From Schmidtea polychroa (lineage: Eukaryota), in contig CM097885.1 in the NCBI GenBank assembly GCA_044892525.1, positions 44,084,001 to 44,148,000 on the forward strand: 64,000 nucleotides of DNA. Reading direction: 5' to 3'. The notes under the pieces were generated by a model that was not told the origin of the DNA, did no database searches, and saw nothing but the letters and a program-made list of their open reading frames with translations. A program made the position numbers and the translations under genes. Below, piece by piece: positions 1-12,985 of the stretch. The stretch's first letter is position 1. Every line of letters starts with the position of its first letter.

Positions 1-862
1 AAAAACATCGATGTATTACTGATTTATAGTCTTCAAGCTCTCTTTTTAATATATATATTTTTAGAGTTTGTAAAGATATAGATTATAAGTGGATAATAAT
101 TGTCATTCTATAAATGAACGGTTTAGTGGAATGGCCAATACTAATTTCTGTTAATGGATATATACTTTGAGTTTGTAGGACCCGGGCGGACTCGTGGTAA
201 TATAAGAATTCGAAATATAGTAGCAATTTATATTCCAAATATATTTATTGATTAATCTTGGTTGTATTTTCTGCCATGTTTTTCTTTTGATCAGTTATAG
301 TTTTAATCTTGGTTGTCTAGCTAATTTCTTTTTAAATAATTTTTTATCGATCTTTTTGGTTTTGTAATTTTTTCAATTTTACTATAGCAATTTTACTATA
401 GCAAATTATCGCTATATAGTTTTTTTTTAAATTTTATTTCATCGACGCTACGGAAACAAAAACGATCGTTAAAAATCCTAATTGTGGTTTCGTTGAAAAT
501 AATAATAACAATAAAAAATATAACACCCTACTACGTTGACTACCAAATCACTCTTTCAAAATTTATATTATCATGTCACGACCACAGTGTCCGGGAAAAC
601 CAGAGCTCTGAAAACCTTTATAAGAGAAAGAAATTCAGACAATGAAAGAAATATTACAGCAGAAAGTCCTTGGAGTTCAAATCCCAACAACGTCTGGTCG
701 ACGTCTTCTTAGCGCCAAGAATAATATGACAGGTGTTGGTAGAAACTATCTTACCATCAAGAATAATGTGACGTTTCAAGGTAGGGGACTTCTGGCACTT
801 AGAAAGAGTTGGAGCTAGTGTCCCAACTTCATTTTTGCAAACGTCTGATATTTATAGTGTTC

Positions 863-2292
863 GTGAAAATGAAGATGATGAAGATTACGAAGATGATGCC
901 TTTCCAGTTCCACCTGAAATATAGACAAATGATGCAGGTGATTCAGAGGCTATGATGGATTTCAATGATGATGAAGGTGATGTTGAAGTATTTTTTGAAG
1001 ACAGCAATGAGAAAAAAACTGATGACAAATATGCTACTTCGAATGACAGTGAAGACGAACAAGTAGTATGTGACAATGTTGAGTGGTCTAAACAATCTTT
1101 ACACAAGTTTAGACTACAACGAAACATCGTCAATGAGCGTGCGAGGTGCTTAACTAAGGAAACTGAAGAGCTAACGCTTTTTAATTTGCTATTCACAGAA
1201 GAAACACGGCGGGTTATTATTCGATGTACCAACCTCGAGGCATCTGCTGTTCGACGCTCAGACCCTCAGAAGTACAATAGTCGGTACCATGCAAACTTCT
1301 CCCACAGTAAGTTCAATGCATTCCTAGCCTTCATAATTCGAGCTGGTGCTGATCGAGAAGATTTCTACGAGCCATTAGATAGCAAGCCATTTTACAGTAC
1401 CTGTATTTTCAAAAAATCGTTTGAAATTCTTTTTCAGTTGCTTGCGCTTTGACAACATCTATACGCGAAATGAGCGCATTAAGGATAGTGACAAGCTGGC
1501 AACCATTACTGATGTGTGGAAAATGTTCTTGGGTCAACTTCGACTCTTCTACATTCCTAATTCAAATATAACTGTTGATGAGCAACTTGTTGGATACAGA
1601 GGAAGAATTCCTGGTAGAACATTCATGCCTTCCAAACCTCGAAGGTATGGAGTGAAGATTTTTCTGGCATGTGAGTCACTCACTGGCTATGCACTATGTG
1701 CACACATCTACAGTGGTAGATGTAGTGATAAGCCTGATAAAGGTCCGGCAAAGACAATCACTATGAAACTCTGCGAACCATTTTATAGCACAGTATGGAA
1801 TGTCATAACTGACAACTTCTTAACCAGTCATTCTCTCGCCTGCTCTTTTCTTGAGAAAAATTTGACATTGGTTAGGACAATCCGTCATCATTGAAAAGAA
1901 GTTTCCAAGTCATTTCACAAAAACCGAAAGAAGGAATTTTTATCAAGTGAGTTTTGTTTTGACAACGCAAACAAGATCACATTGGCATCGTATGTTTCAA
2001 AGAGAAACAGAAGCGTAATCTTGCTCAGCAGTATGCACTATGATAAGGAGGTAGAAGGTATTTTACAGAAGCCAGTTATCATTCATGCATATAATCAGAC
2101 TAAAGGGGCCGTCGATGAGAATGTTGAAGAATTTTCTTGTAAAAGAAAGATTAAAAGGTGGCCAGTTTTTCCTTTTTACAGCATGTTGGACGTTGCCTGT
2201 TACAACAGCTACGTAATAAGCAGAGCAAATGGCAACTCGTTTACTAGGAAGCAGTGTCTTAAAAATCTTTGCACCCAGCTGGCTTATCTTTA
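863..2292 (+). pseudogene. piggyBac (PGBD4-like) transposase remnant, frameshifted
   Basis: ORFs at 952, 1421 and 1982 carry piggyBac motifs CLRFD, TVDEQL..YRGR..FMPSKP.RYGVKI, VITDNF, YNQTKGAVD and RWP...FY.MLD in three broken frames. The 3' end is cut by an LTR-like element at about 2293. Confidence 0.9.
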
Positions 2293-3119
2293 TGTCGGGC
2301 GAGTGGGAAGAAAAATTATACCAATTAAACAAACTAAATTCCACACAAGATTAGTACACACGGTTGAACGTCATTAATAATTTATGATTTAACAAAACTC
2401 TAGGGTCTAAGTAAGCACTAGGGTTCAATTTCCCCAACAAGCCGTATGATTTTTGCTATTTCTACTAGGCACCCGTGAGGTCTTCCACGTTGGTTCTGTG
2501 CAAAGTCGGTGGAGGACATGAGGCAGGTGAGTACCTGTGTTAGCACTACTCCTTCATGTTCTTCCCATTCGGGTCCTTGACTGCCGTTAAAAGGACTTAT
2601 TCCTTTGCAAGGAAAATTCGATCTATTATGAATTATTACGGCATCAATGAGTAATGTCTTGTAAAATTCTATGATTACCGTTTGAGGGTAAAGTCATTCA
2701 CTCGATGTACATCAAAATAAATTACAAGACTTAACCACACACAAGGTTTTATTTACTAAAGTTACATCACATACCTAATACGAATTATATTAGCAGAGTA
2801 AATAAGGACATTCACCGGATAAGACACAAAGGACGATCATTCAACATAAATACAAGAAATTAGAATGAGATGAAGACACAAAATTTAATGTCACTACCAG
2901 CAGATCATGAATGGGCGAGACACAATGGTAGGATAGATCGCGGTGATCTATCCCAGAGATCTATATTGGGTCGGCCTAGAAAGAAGCGGCCTTAGCTTCG
3001 GCGAGCAGATCGTCGAGATCCAAATCCATGTCGATCTGATGTTATGCTTTCGTGTTATGTGCCACCGCCGTTTAGTCACGATTCAACCACTTGGGCTCAA
3101 AATCAGTTCTACCCCAACA
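2293..3119 (-). mobile_element. LTR-like element (copy A, ~827 bp), probable solo LTR
   Basis: Plus-strand ends are TGTCGGG and GTTCTACCCCAACA; the latter matches the end of the solo LTR at 47740. It carries the shared 131-nt motif (2469-2599) and a minus-strand AATAAA followed by GT-rich sequence. Flanks TTTA/ATTA are an imperfect TSD, so the left boundary is tentative. Confidence 0.6.
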
Positions 3120-3121
3120 AT

Positions 3122-3325
<204 letters not shown>

Positions 3326-4015
3326 ATTAGTGGAATTTTCATACAAGTTTCCTTTTAATATTCTAATAATTTTATTTTTCCAAAACTAGTGCAATACATT
3401 AAAAAATTATTTTCCTCAAAATAAAAATAATCAAAGTTCAATTACTATTTTACTCAAATTTTAAAATTTTTATTCTTATTTGAAATTTAAAACCTAAACT
3501 TTTCTACTGTTAATATATGAGAATTTTTGATAAAGCAATTATTAGAACATTTTTATAAGAATATACATTTAAAATGTTTCAAAAGATCAAATAAAAAAAG
3601 AATAAATAAATTAAACCTTGATTTACATTAAAAATAATGTGTTTACTACCAAAACCTTTCAAAGATCAAAAACCGACAGAAATGAAATTTTCTAAAAAAT
3701 GTTTTTAATTTTGATTTTAATAAATAATTTTGAAAATACAATATAAAGCAAAAAATCGTTTTCAGACTATATCTATATTTGTATATCTTGATGTAAAAAA
3801 TTTAAATTAATGACAAAAATCAAGCTATCAAATCGGTCTGTACTAATGAAATTTGTTTACAGAATATATCAAATGGTTCAGGTATTACAATTGGATATTC
3901 GATTAAAACAGTGTTACGCAAATGGTGCGCGTAAGATATTTATCGTGTGTGCGAAGCATTTGTCAAATATTTAAAATTGCTAACATTTTTTGTAATTTGA
4001 TAAAATCAGTAAATA

Positions 4016-4170
4016 TTTTATTTTAACAGACAGTAGTATATACGATTTCTTATATCCCGCCGCATTTTATTTTTCCAAGCTTGCCGACAATCCCACCTCC
4101 ACACGGCTCGCTTAGAAAAATAAAAAGCTACAGGATATAAGAAATCGTATAAACTACTCTGAAAATAAAA
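4016..4170. repeat. Foldback palindrome, ~60-bp arms and ~29-nt spacer
   Basis: AGTAGTATATACGATTTCTTATATCC (from 4032) is inverted by GGATATAAGAAATCGTATAAACTACT (to 4158). The arms extend inward and outward with indels. Confidence 0.85.
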
Positions 4171-4446
4171 AAACATTTAATTTCGTCCCCGTTAAATTAA
4201 GCACTTTAGATCATTTTATAAAATAAAATTTATAAAAATTACAAAATTATACAAAATAAAAATTATAAAAATTACAAAATAAAAAAACACGTAATTTTCG
4301 TGCCCGGTTAAATTCTCATAATTCTATTATATAAAATGGCATACAAAAAAGCAAAACCGATTCATAAACCTAGGAAGTTGGTGCATTATTTAGCTTTGAG
4401 AGAAAAAAGATTGCAAGATGAAAATAGATGATTTAAATACGAGACA

Positions 4447-4769
4447 TTGTTTCAAGAATCATTAAAAAATACAGCAGGAAGAAAACGAGAAATTGAAAGA
4501 ATAGTGAGAGCACAACAATTAGAATTTCAAAATTTACATCAACAATTAAAACAACAACAACAACAACAACGACAAAGACGACGACAATTAGAATATGAAG
4601 ATGATGAATATAATGAAGATGAAGATGACGAATACAATGATTATGATGAAGATGATGATGATCAGCACGTATATGCGCCCGAACAAGAAGAACAAGAACC
4701 AACAAACTATTCAAATCCAATTAAACTAATAAGATATTTTAATGAAGATTTTTCAAAGATTCTTGAAAT
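4447..4769 (+). pseudogene. N-terminal part of an unknown Q/D/E-rich ORF interrupted by the Penelope insertion; it resumes at 6957-7194
   Basis: Removing the insertion at the GAAAT repeat (4765 and 6952) gives an in-frame ...FSKILEIYSEKDVRMAIFTGIVRFIKDDL... No family recognised. Confidence 0.45.
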
Positions 4770-6961
4770 TATACGGACTTTCAAAGTGCATAAAGACGGA
4801 ATTCCTATGAGACCTGTTTTATCTATGGTCGGAACAGCTCAGTATAAAATAGCGAAGTATTTGAATGGATTATTGAAACCCTTAATAAAATCTGAGTTTG
4901 AATGTAAGGACAGTTTTGAATTTGCATCATGTATAGGACAATTGAATAAAAATAATGTTAATGAGTATATGGTTTCGTTTGATGTATGTAGTTTATTTAC
5001 TAATGTCCTTATTATGATTGGAGGTTTCGATAGTATTATGTTATATTTGTGTTATATATAAATTATATTATATTTATGTTGGTAAGTGCGTGCGTCTGTT
5101 TGGAAATTTGAAGAACCCGATAGAGTCACCGATAAAAAAAAGTGTGGCGGGACAATCGAAGTGCGTGTGTATATATAGCACGTGACAAAAAAAATTGGTA
5201 ATGAAAAATGAATTAATAAAATATAATCAACTAACAGAACTTCACAAACTTTATTAACTATGAAATGTAACGTTGAAAATAACAATAATTATCAAAGACC
5301 TTATTAATTATTGTTATTGGAACTGCCAATTGTAGTGTCAAACTTGAGCTTGGTCCAAGCTTGATATACCGAGGACAGTATAGGACAAAAACGGTAAAAG
5401 GATCTTCTATTTGCGTCTGACTTATTAATTATTGTTATTGTAACTGATAATTATGAAGTTGAATTTGTGCTTGGCCAGAGCTTTATATGTCGTTAACAAT
5501 ATTGGACAGTAACAGTAAGGGAATCTTCTTTTATGGAATGAAAATATTAATGCGCATAATATGTGTGATAGAAATGCATTTTGGAAGCTTTTAGAGTTTG
5601 CAACTTCCAAAGTTAATTTTCTTTTTAATAATGAATGGTATGAACAAATTGATGGAGTGGCTATGGGTTCGCCCTTACCACCAACAATGGCGTCAATATT
5701 TTTGGCATGTTTAGAAAAGAAAATTGCTTCTTTTCAATATGAAAAACCAATTGTGTATAAAAGGTATGTTGATGATATTTTTCTAATATTTAAAAATAAG
5801 GAACATGTGAAACCTTTTTTGCATTACATGAATGCAATTCGCATAAGGACATTAAATTCACATGTGAAACTGAGAAGGATTCATCCATAGCATTTCTTGA
5901 CTTGTTAATTAAACGTAAAGATGAACAATATGAGACAGAAATTTACAGTAAACCAACAGATACCGGCCTCTATACTACCCCAGAGAGTTTTTGTGAATTT
6001 AAGTATAAAAGAAACATGGTGAAAGGATTGGTTTATCGATCAAGGTGCTTATCTTTCACTTTTAAAAATTCAGTAAAAAGTGTAGATAAATTAGTTGAAT
6101 TACTGGTAAAGAATGGCTACTCAAAACGGTTTTTATTGTTAATGTTGAAAGAGACTGTTGATAAATGTATAAATAATGCTAAGGATCGTGGGATGAATGA
6201 ATGTAAATTGACTGATATGTCGAATGATGTAGTGAATATGAATATTGATACTAACAAACAAGATGAGCTAAAATATACGATGGTATTGCCGTATTCTGAA
6301 GGATATAAAAATTTCAAAATAAAGATTGGTAAACAGTTGGGTACATTGAATTAGAAAATTGTTTCAAAATCGTGCAAAGTATGTAGTATGTTTGTTAGTA
6401 AATCGCAAACGCCGGTTGGATTGTCACATACATTGGAGAGACTTCCCGTCATCTTTGTACTTTAGTTCAAGAACACTGTCGAACGAAGGGAGTGTCCAAT
6501 ATTAAGGATCACAACAAAGTCTGTATGAGAGAATTAGGAATGTCTGGTTTTAAAATCTTATCAAAAAATTTTGATAATTGTTTTGAGCGTGTGATATGTG
6601 AAGCATTATTGATAAGAACTTTTAATCCTAAAATCAATGTGCAGAATGCAGTGAATACTTGTGTGTTGAATGTTTTTAAATAAGTTTTTGTATGTTGATG
6701 TATATTGTTATAGTTATATATAATAGTTATGTTAAATAATTACAAAAATAATTAAAATAATATTTTTAATAATTTTAAAAGTTTAAATATAATTGATTAT
6801 TGAAAATTGTTTTTAAAAAGAATGATTATTAAAAATTTTTATTTATAATTTAAAATTTATATATTTTATAATTTGTTTATATATTATCAATATAGTATAT
6901 ATATTCATCCGTCGTGAATGTAGGTAACCTGATGATGATAGTGATGCTATCGAAATATATA
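4769..6961 (+). mobile_element. 5'-truncated Penelope-like element (RT plus GIY-YIG endonuclease), degenerate
   Basis: Motifs LYGL.KVHK..IPMRPVLS, SFDVCSLFTNV, GVAMGSPLPP, RYVDDIF, FLDL, YSKPTDT and LPY, plus a C-terminal HIGETSR...EH...EALLI..FNP.IN typical of PLE RT/GIY-YIG. Several frameshifts. Confidence 0.9.
5010..5514. mobile_element. ~500-bp insertion splitting the Penelope RT, possibly a solo LTR
   Basis: RT similarity stops after SLFTNV and resumes at about 5515. The ends TATTA...TAACA resemble TGTTA...TAACA; no TSD seen. Confidence 0.4.
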
Positions 6962-6963
6962 GT
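6926..6963 (+). ncRNA. Minimal type I hammerhead ribozyme motif at the Penelope 3' end
   Basis: CTGATGA (6929-6935), T, stem II GATAG/CTATC with a 5-nt loop, GAAA (6952-6955), palindromic ATATAT stem III, predicted AUA cleavage triplet ending at 6961, and only a 2-bp stem I. Confidence 0.65.
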
Positions 6964-7379
6964 GAAAAAGATGTACGAATGGCGATTTTTACTGGAATTG
7001 TAAGATTTATTAAAGATGATTTAAAAAAAAAAGAGAAAATAAAAAGAGAAAAAAAAGAGAAAAAAAGAGAAATAAAAAGAGAATTCTCGAGAAAAACTAA
7101 ATATTTAAAAATATCAACTAAAAAAATTAAAAGATATGAAGCAAGAGTTTTTATTATGTACATAACAATACTTTTATTAAATCAGAAAAAATAAAAATAA
7201 TTCATGAAAAATTAAGAATGCATAATAAAAATAAACTATAAAAAATAAACAAAAATATAATAATTATTATTTAAAAAAATATCAGATCATTAATTCATTA
7301 TTTAAAAATAAATATAAAAAATTAAATAAAAGTATTATATAATAACAGTTCTTATTATTATTAAAAAATTTCCCGACAC

Positions 7380-9060
7380 AAAAAAGTTACGCTCATTTTG
7401 GGTTGATGTCGGTCATATTGTAAATAAAGCTATTCTTAAGAGATTTAAGTTGGTGGTGAGTTTTCCTGTTAATTCGTGGAGATTAACTTCTCTGGAAAAA
7501 TGATGAAAAATTATCATCAGGCACTGCTTGAGCTGGCTTTAAGCTATCTTGAATCGATTTTTCTAATAGTTATTTTAATGTTACATTTTAAGCTATTATT
7601 AAATCATCATTGACTTCATTGTCAATATCTGCGATATAAATTTCAGAATTCATAGGATTAATTTCGTTGGTACTGAAAAGTCTTTTCATTAAAGTTTTTG
7701 CAACTCTAACAATATCAGCTTTGGACGTAAAACTGAAAAAATCATCACTTTCCCGTGAAAAGTTGGGGTCTTGTAGGAATTTAACCAGTGAAATTAAAGA
7801 TTTATTCCTTCTTTTTAATAAATGCAATTTTAGTTCAATTAGTAATTTTTGGCTCAAATTAGAAGATTCAGTTCTTAGAGTATTGAACAAGAATTTGAGT
7901 ATTCCTTCACTTGTCAGAAGATTTGCGTCTGAACGGCTTGATGCTTCAATTGCAACTTTGACGGGCCGTAATGTGTCGATCATAGATTTTGCCGTATTTG
8001 TTTCTCGAATTGTCCATAGACTATTTGAATTTTATTCGTCCAACGACTTTTCTATCGGATTAATTACTCTTAAGAATCTTTCTAACATCGTAAACAAGCC
8101 CTTCCATCGAGTTCGACAATCCAAAAAATAATGATAATTATTTTTTTCATCCTGTTTTACATATTTTTGTATTTTAAAATCTTTTACCGGTGAATTTTTA
8201 AATAACTTGACAATATTCCTCAATTTTTTATCGTTTCGAATATATCCATATCACTAGTAAGCGATAAAAAGATTTACTACAATGAACTCGTTATCAACAT
8301 CATCATCTAAATCTTCTGAAGCTGATAAATATTCATTTTCACAATCCAATTCATCGGTTCCCGTATTTTCGCTTAGTTCTTGATAATCTTCGGGTTTTTT
8401 ATAATAAAGAACTGATGTAACTGCCAAATGTATAGCATGGTTGCAGCACAGTTGATGATCGGCTGGTGACAATCGATCAAATTTTAACATTATGCTGGCT
8501 CCGCCATAATATCTTTTTCAAAACTTAATTCAAAACTTTTAAGCTTCTCTGCAACTAATTTGATTAAAATCTCTGACGGGCAACTACCATACATTCTAAC
8601 CAACCCCAAATTATAAGAATCAGTATCACTGGAATACACATGTGTTATTTAAAAATCTGCGATTACTTGAACTGGCCCACTCATCAATGGATAAACTAAC
8701 CTTTTGGTTTTCTAACTGCCTTTTTTTAATATTCTTAATTATATTTCCTTTGATTTCATCGTAGAAGTTTCATTACATCTTTAGGCTGCTTTGATAAAGT
8801 AAATCCTAATGTTTTTAAGCTATTTCGTATGAAATCACTGCTACATATTTGTCTGATGGTCATACAATCTTTAGTGGCTAATTTAGAAACGATTTCATTA
8901 ACACTTGGTCGTTGAACTTTAAAAAACTTTTCAACTGAAATTGATGTTTCTTCTTTTCCTAACTACATCAAACTACATCAAGATATAAAATTAGTGCAAT
9001 TATTATCAAAACATTATTATAATTATTTGCACATGTATTGCACACAAGTTGCACTTCTTT
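7380..9060 (-). pseudogene. hAT (Ac/ZBED-like) transposase remnant
   Basis: Minus-strand fragments LSIDEW, CCNHAIHLAV, LDCRTRWKGLFTMLERF and ANLLTSEGILKFL; many stops. Boundaries approximate. Confidence 0.8.
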
Positions 9061-10732
9061 TATAAATGGAAACATTCATCGATAATCAAAAATAGAATAA
9101 TTTTTGCCAAAATTCTAAAAATATTTTTTAACTTTCTATTAAATAAAATTAAAAATATAGTTAGTTATAGGACAATAACCAAAATGTGCAACATAAATTA
9201 ATGGTCTCGTCTAAAGGTCATTAGTGAGCAAACTTATCCTTTTTGGGAGCCCTGGGCAGACTTGAATTGGTTGTACTTACGTTATGAACTTATTTGATTG
9301 CATTGACTGTAAACTTATTAAATTTTCTGATCACAAATATTTTAATAAATTAGTTGTAGAAGCTTTTATTTGTTACAGGAGAACTCATACTTTTGTTTAA
9401 TTTCAACATTTGAGGTTTTAATTTGTTTAATGCGTCGAAAAACATACACACGCACATACCACCGTCATGATCATTTATGATTCGCAATAATACGCAAAGT
9501 AACACAGAAAAAACAACACCGTGAACATAAATAATTATAACGATTACCATGACACCAATTATTCAATGTAACTCAAACGTATGTGGAAGATTATTACAAC
9601 CCTTATGGAGGGATAGCACTTTGGGAACACTTTAATTATACTACCACTTAACTGCTGCTAGTGGCTGACGCCTTGCACTATTGACCCGGTTGCTTTCCTC
9701 CTTGACTTAGGGCTTGTTTTAACTTTTACTAAATACAATTTCGATTTTATTTCTTTTCTTTTCAAATTCTCAAGATTCCGTCTTCTAAAATCTATTCTCT
9801 AATTCTGCTTCTCCAAATAAATTTTCTTGTCTTTTGTAACTAATGTCTTTCTTTTATACTTTGTCATTTTCTGACACTTATAGATAATCATCTTGTTTTC
9901 CAGCATATTCCTTTGGATATTCCTAATTCCCGCATTATGTCTGACATCTGTCATGATATATAATTTTGTTTCATTTCTTCCTTTTTATTTTCCGACTGTT
10001 CCAGTGATATATTCATTTTTCTCCTCTAAATTCTTAAGATAAGGGATTTCCATTGTCAAATTGTTTTTGCCTTCATTTTCATTTGCACCTATTAATTAAG
10101 AACGACCTCGTCATGTTTCATTATTCGATTTCATTGATTTTTTGCTATATCTTTTTCGTTTTTGTAATTTCTTCGCTTCATTCGTTTTCTCCAAATTTGA
10201 GAGTATCACATCATTTATTTTAGCCATTTTTCCCCGATTATTTTTATTCATTTTGGAAAATTATTTAATTTTTTGTTATTCAGGTATTCTCAACAATTAA
10301 TTAAATTTATTTCTAGGATCCTTAGTTTAGTTTCATTGTTGTTGCTCTATTCTTTATTTCTTACAACTTTATTTCAATTGTTTTAATCTTTTAAATTATT
10401 AGATGGAATAGTTTTCTTCAATAATTAAATTTAATCAACTGAGCAAATTAAATAAATTTAAATTAAGTTAATAGTTTTCTACTCGTACGATTAAGTATTT
10501 AATCAATTTATAGTCTACCGGGACATTTTCCGACCCCATCTTCTCTATGCATTTACATTTACTCAGACAATCATAATGTATAAAAGCAATTTAATTAATT
10601 TAAATATAGAAAAGTCATGTTCTATAAAAATGAATTATCTTTCTTTTTATCATGATCGTTCTAAATATAATATTATTATTTTATTAATATTCATCCGATG
10701 CGCTATTTATTTTAATTAAAATATATTTGATT

Positions 10733-10975
10733 AATTGTCGATTCTCGCGTCTGTGTGTGCTTTTTACTTTGTTGATGTGAATTGTGTGCGCACACAGACG
10801 CGGACAATTGTGAATGTTATTATGTGGGTTTTTGTTGTGGATCGATTTCAGAATTCTGGATTGTATCGAGTTTTGGATGGATGTTTTCGAATTGTGAGTT
10901 GTTTTCAAATGGTTTTTAAAAAGGAGTTTTATTGAATCGATTTGAATTTGCTTTTGATTTTGTTGAAATCCTGTC
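10733..10975 (+). mobile_element. LTR-like segment related to the BEL/Pao LTR at 27084, with a GC-rich hairpin
   Basis: Inverted repeat CGCGTCTGTGTGTGC (10746-10760) / GCGCACACAGACGCG (10788-10802), nearly identical to the hairpins at 27105 and 27195. Followed by a similar T/G-rich ~170 nt ending TTTTGATT..TTGAAAT. Confidence 0.7.
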
Positions 10976-10978
10976 CTG

Positions 10979-11569
10979 TTGGGAAAATATATGATTTTTG
11001 ATATTATGCGTTATAACTCAAAGGAAAATAATGATGATGCCTTGAATGCCGTTCATATTAGTCGTTATAACGCAATGGAAAATAATGATGATGCCTTGAA
11101 TGCTTTTCATATTATTCGTTACAACTCAATGGAAAATAATGATGATGCCTTGAATGTTTCTCATATTATTCGTCATGTTCCTGTTGGAAATACTACAAAC
11201 GAAACTGATGGTTCCTTTTTTATGACTCCAAGAGATCCTGATAACTTTAATGGTGTTTTTGGCCAACTAATATCAAATTTATTTGGTGGATTGCTGCCGC
11301 AGGATTTTAGATCCGATTCGTCAGATTACATGTTTTCAGATCAAAGTTTTGACATGTGTGTAACGAGTATTAAGAATCAATTTGATCAAAGTGGTCCTCC
11401 ACTAGCAAATGAGGCAGATATTGAGAAATTACAAGTCAAGAAAATCACCGCAGCTAATGATACAGGTTTCAGTTGTCTGTCAGATTATGAGGTGGCCGAT
11501 GAAGTGTACGAGTTGCTCCGTCGAGAAACGTGGACGATTACTAAGAACCAATCTTCAAAGGACGATTAA
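10979..11569 (+). pseudogene. Captured RNF115/RNF126-like RING E3 ligase fragment preceded by three 54-bp repeats
   Basis: SDYMFSDQSFDMCVTSIKNQFDQSGPPLANEADIEKL...SCLSDYEVADEVYEL aligns by eye with the pre-RING region and RING start of RNF126/RNF115 (DYAWG..GLDAIITQLLNQFENTGPPPA..EKIQAL...VCKDDY..GE.VRQL). The RING is truncated and the fragment is intronless. Confidence 0.7.
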
Positions 11570-11883
11570 ACAATATTGTACAACCCTACTTTATAAATTA
11601 AACGCTAAAGGTAATCGGATGCACTTGTAAACAGTTTCTGTGTATCGGCTAAATTTTTAGTCCCCATAGGTGATTATGATTTCTATACGCAGTGTTTACA
11701 AGTTTACAGATTTTCTGTGACCAAGCTAAAAAGTAAGCAATGTGATTTTCAGTGTACCAATGAAAGTATGCAATAACGTTGAGTCAACAATATTGTATAC
11801 TTACCTGGCGCGAAGAGAAATCTTCGTGTCTCATGCATTGGATGACAACCAAATTTGCTTTTTAATATTACAACATTTTTTAA

Positions 11884-12104
11884 CCCTTAAACCACTGAAA
11901 TAAAATTACGAAGACAAACCAAACTCAGCCAAACTGACCGTTACAAGCAAACCATGTGTTTGATCGTGTTCAAACCTGCAAGTTGTGGTGTGTAGTTTTA
12001 CAGACGAAAAACGGTCTTACTGTTTGGAACGCGAAAATGTTTTGATTTGAATTGAATGAGGTTTTTATGATGACCGCCTGTAGACGGTTTTAGTGGTTAA
12101 AGGG
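11884..12104. mobile_element. piggyBac-type MITE, 221 bp
   Basis: TIRs CCCTTAAACCACTGAAA / TTTTAGTGGTTAAAGGG; flanks TTAA and TTAT. Confidence 0.8.
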
Positions 12105-12849
12105 TTATTTTGTTCATTTAAATCAGATTTGACTTATTTATATAACCCCAACAAAAATAATACTTTCAACTTGGATTTAATATTTTTATCAAAAAGAATA
12201 GAATAAAATAAAAACGCGGAATACTTTCAAGAGCAAAGAAGGTTTTATCCATAAAATAAATTTTACCTTTATTAATATTGTTATTTCCTTCTACATATTC
12301 AAATGTTGAAATATTATGATCACTTTAGAAAATATAAAACAATTACGTATTATATTTTCATGTTAGATTTACTATTATTCTTACTTTTTATTGAAAACTT
12401 AAGACGCTCTATTGAGGTTAAATCCTCTTAACAGCTTAATGTTAGAAAAAGTAAAAAGTAAAAGGTAAAATATAAATATATACCATTTAATACTGGTTTA
12501 TTGCAATAAGGTCGCGCATAAATTATCCTTGGACAAAACATCGGTAGACTAATAAGGTTGTCGCATAAAGGATCGCTAAAAATGAACAGTTTTTAATATA
12601 CTTACTATATTTTTATATAAAACTAGATAATCTTAAGTATAACATTTGCAATTATTTTACAATCTTAAGTTGTAAGTAGGATTCCTAATCCGCATTATTC
12701 GACAAATTTTGACTCTTCGACTATCTGGATACTTTTGCAATTATCCGGATATTAAAAAGCCCTTTATTTTGTAAAAATATAATCAAATTGCGTTGCAAAG
12801 TTTATTAATGCAGTGACTATAAGTTAAAAATTTATTTAACAACTTGTAA

Positions 12850-12985
12850 GTCACTGCCCCGGAGATTATCCGTTATTTGTCGCAGCCCACAGTCGGTGGC
12901 AATCGCTTTGATCTTCTTGGCGGTATCTTTGTATTTCCGTTTCCCTAGTAGAATATGGCTCCCGGCCACGTATTGTGTTAACTTC
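12850..12985 (-). pseudogene. Possible MULE transposase C-terminal scrap
   Basis: Minus-strand KRKYKDTAKKIKAIA...LRG weakly resembles the C-terminus of the MULE ORF at 37399. Confidence 0.3.

Noticed and set aside
4032..4158. Mini-Polinton with AGTAGT termini
   Set aside because: There is no 6-bp TSD and the inverted symmetry continues beyond AGTAGT, so it is kept only as a foldback.
9600..10260. Possible LINE ORF1 remnant on the minus strand
   Set aside because: Lys/Glu-rich and full of stops, with no diagnostic motif I can support.
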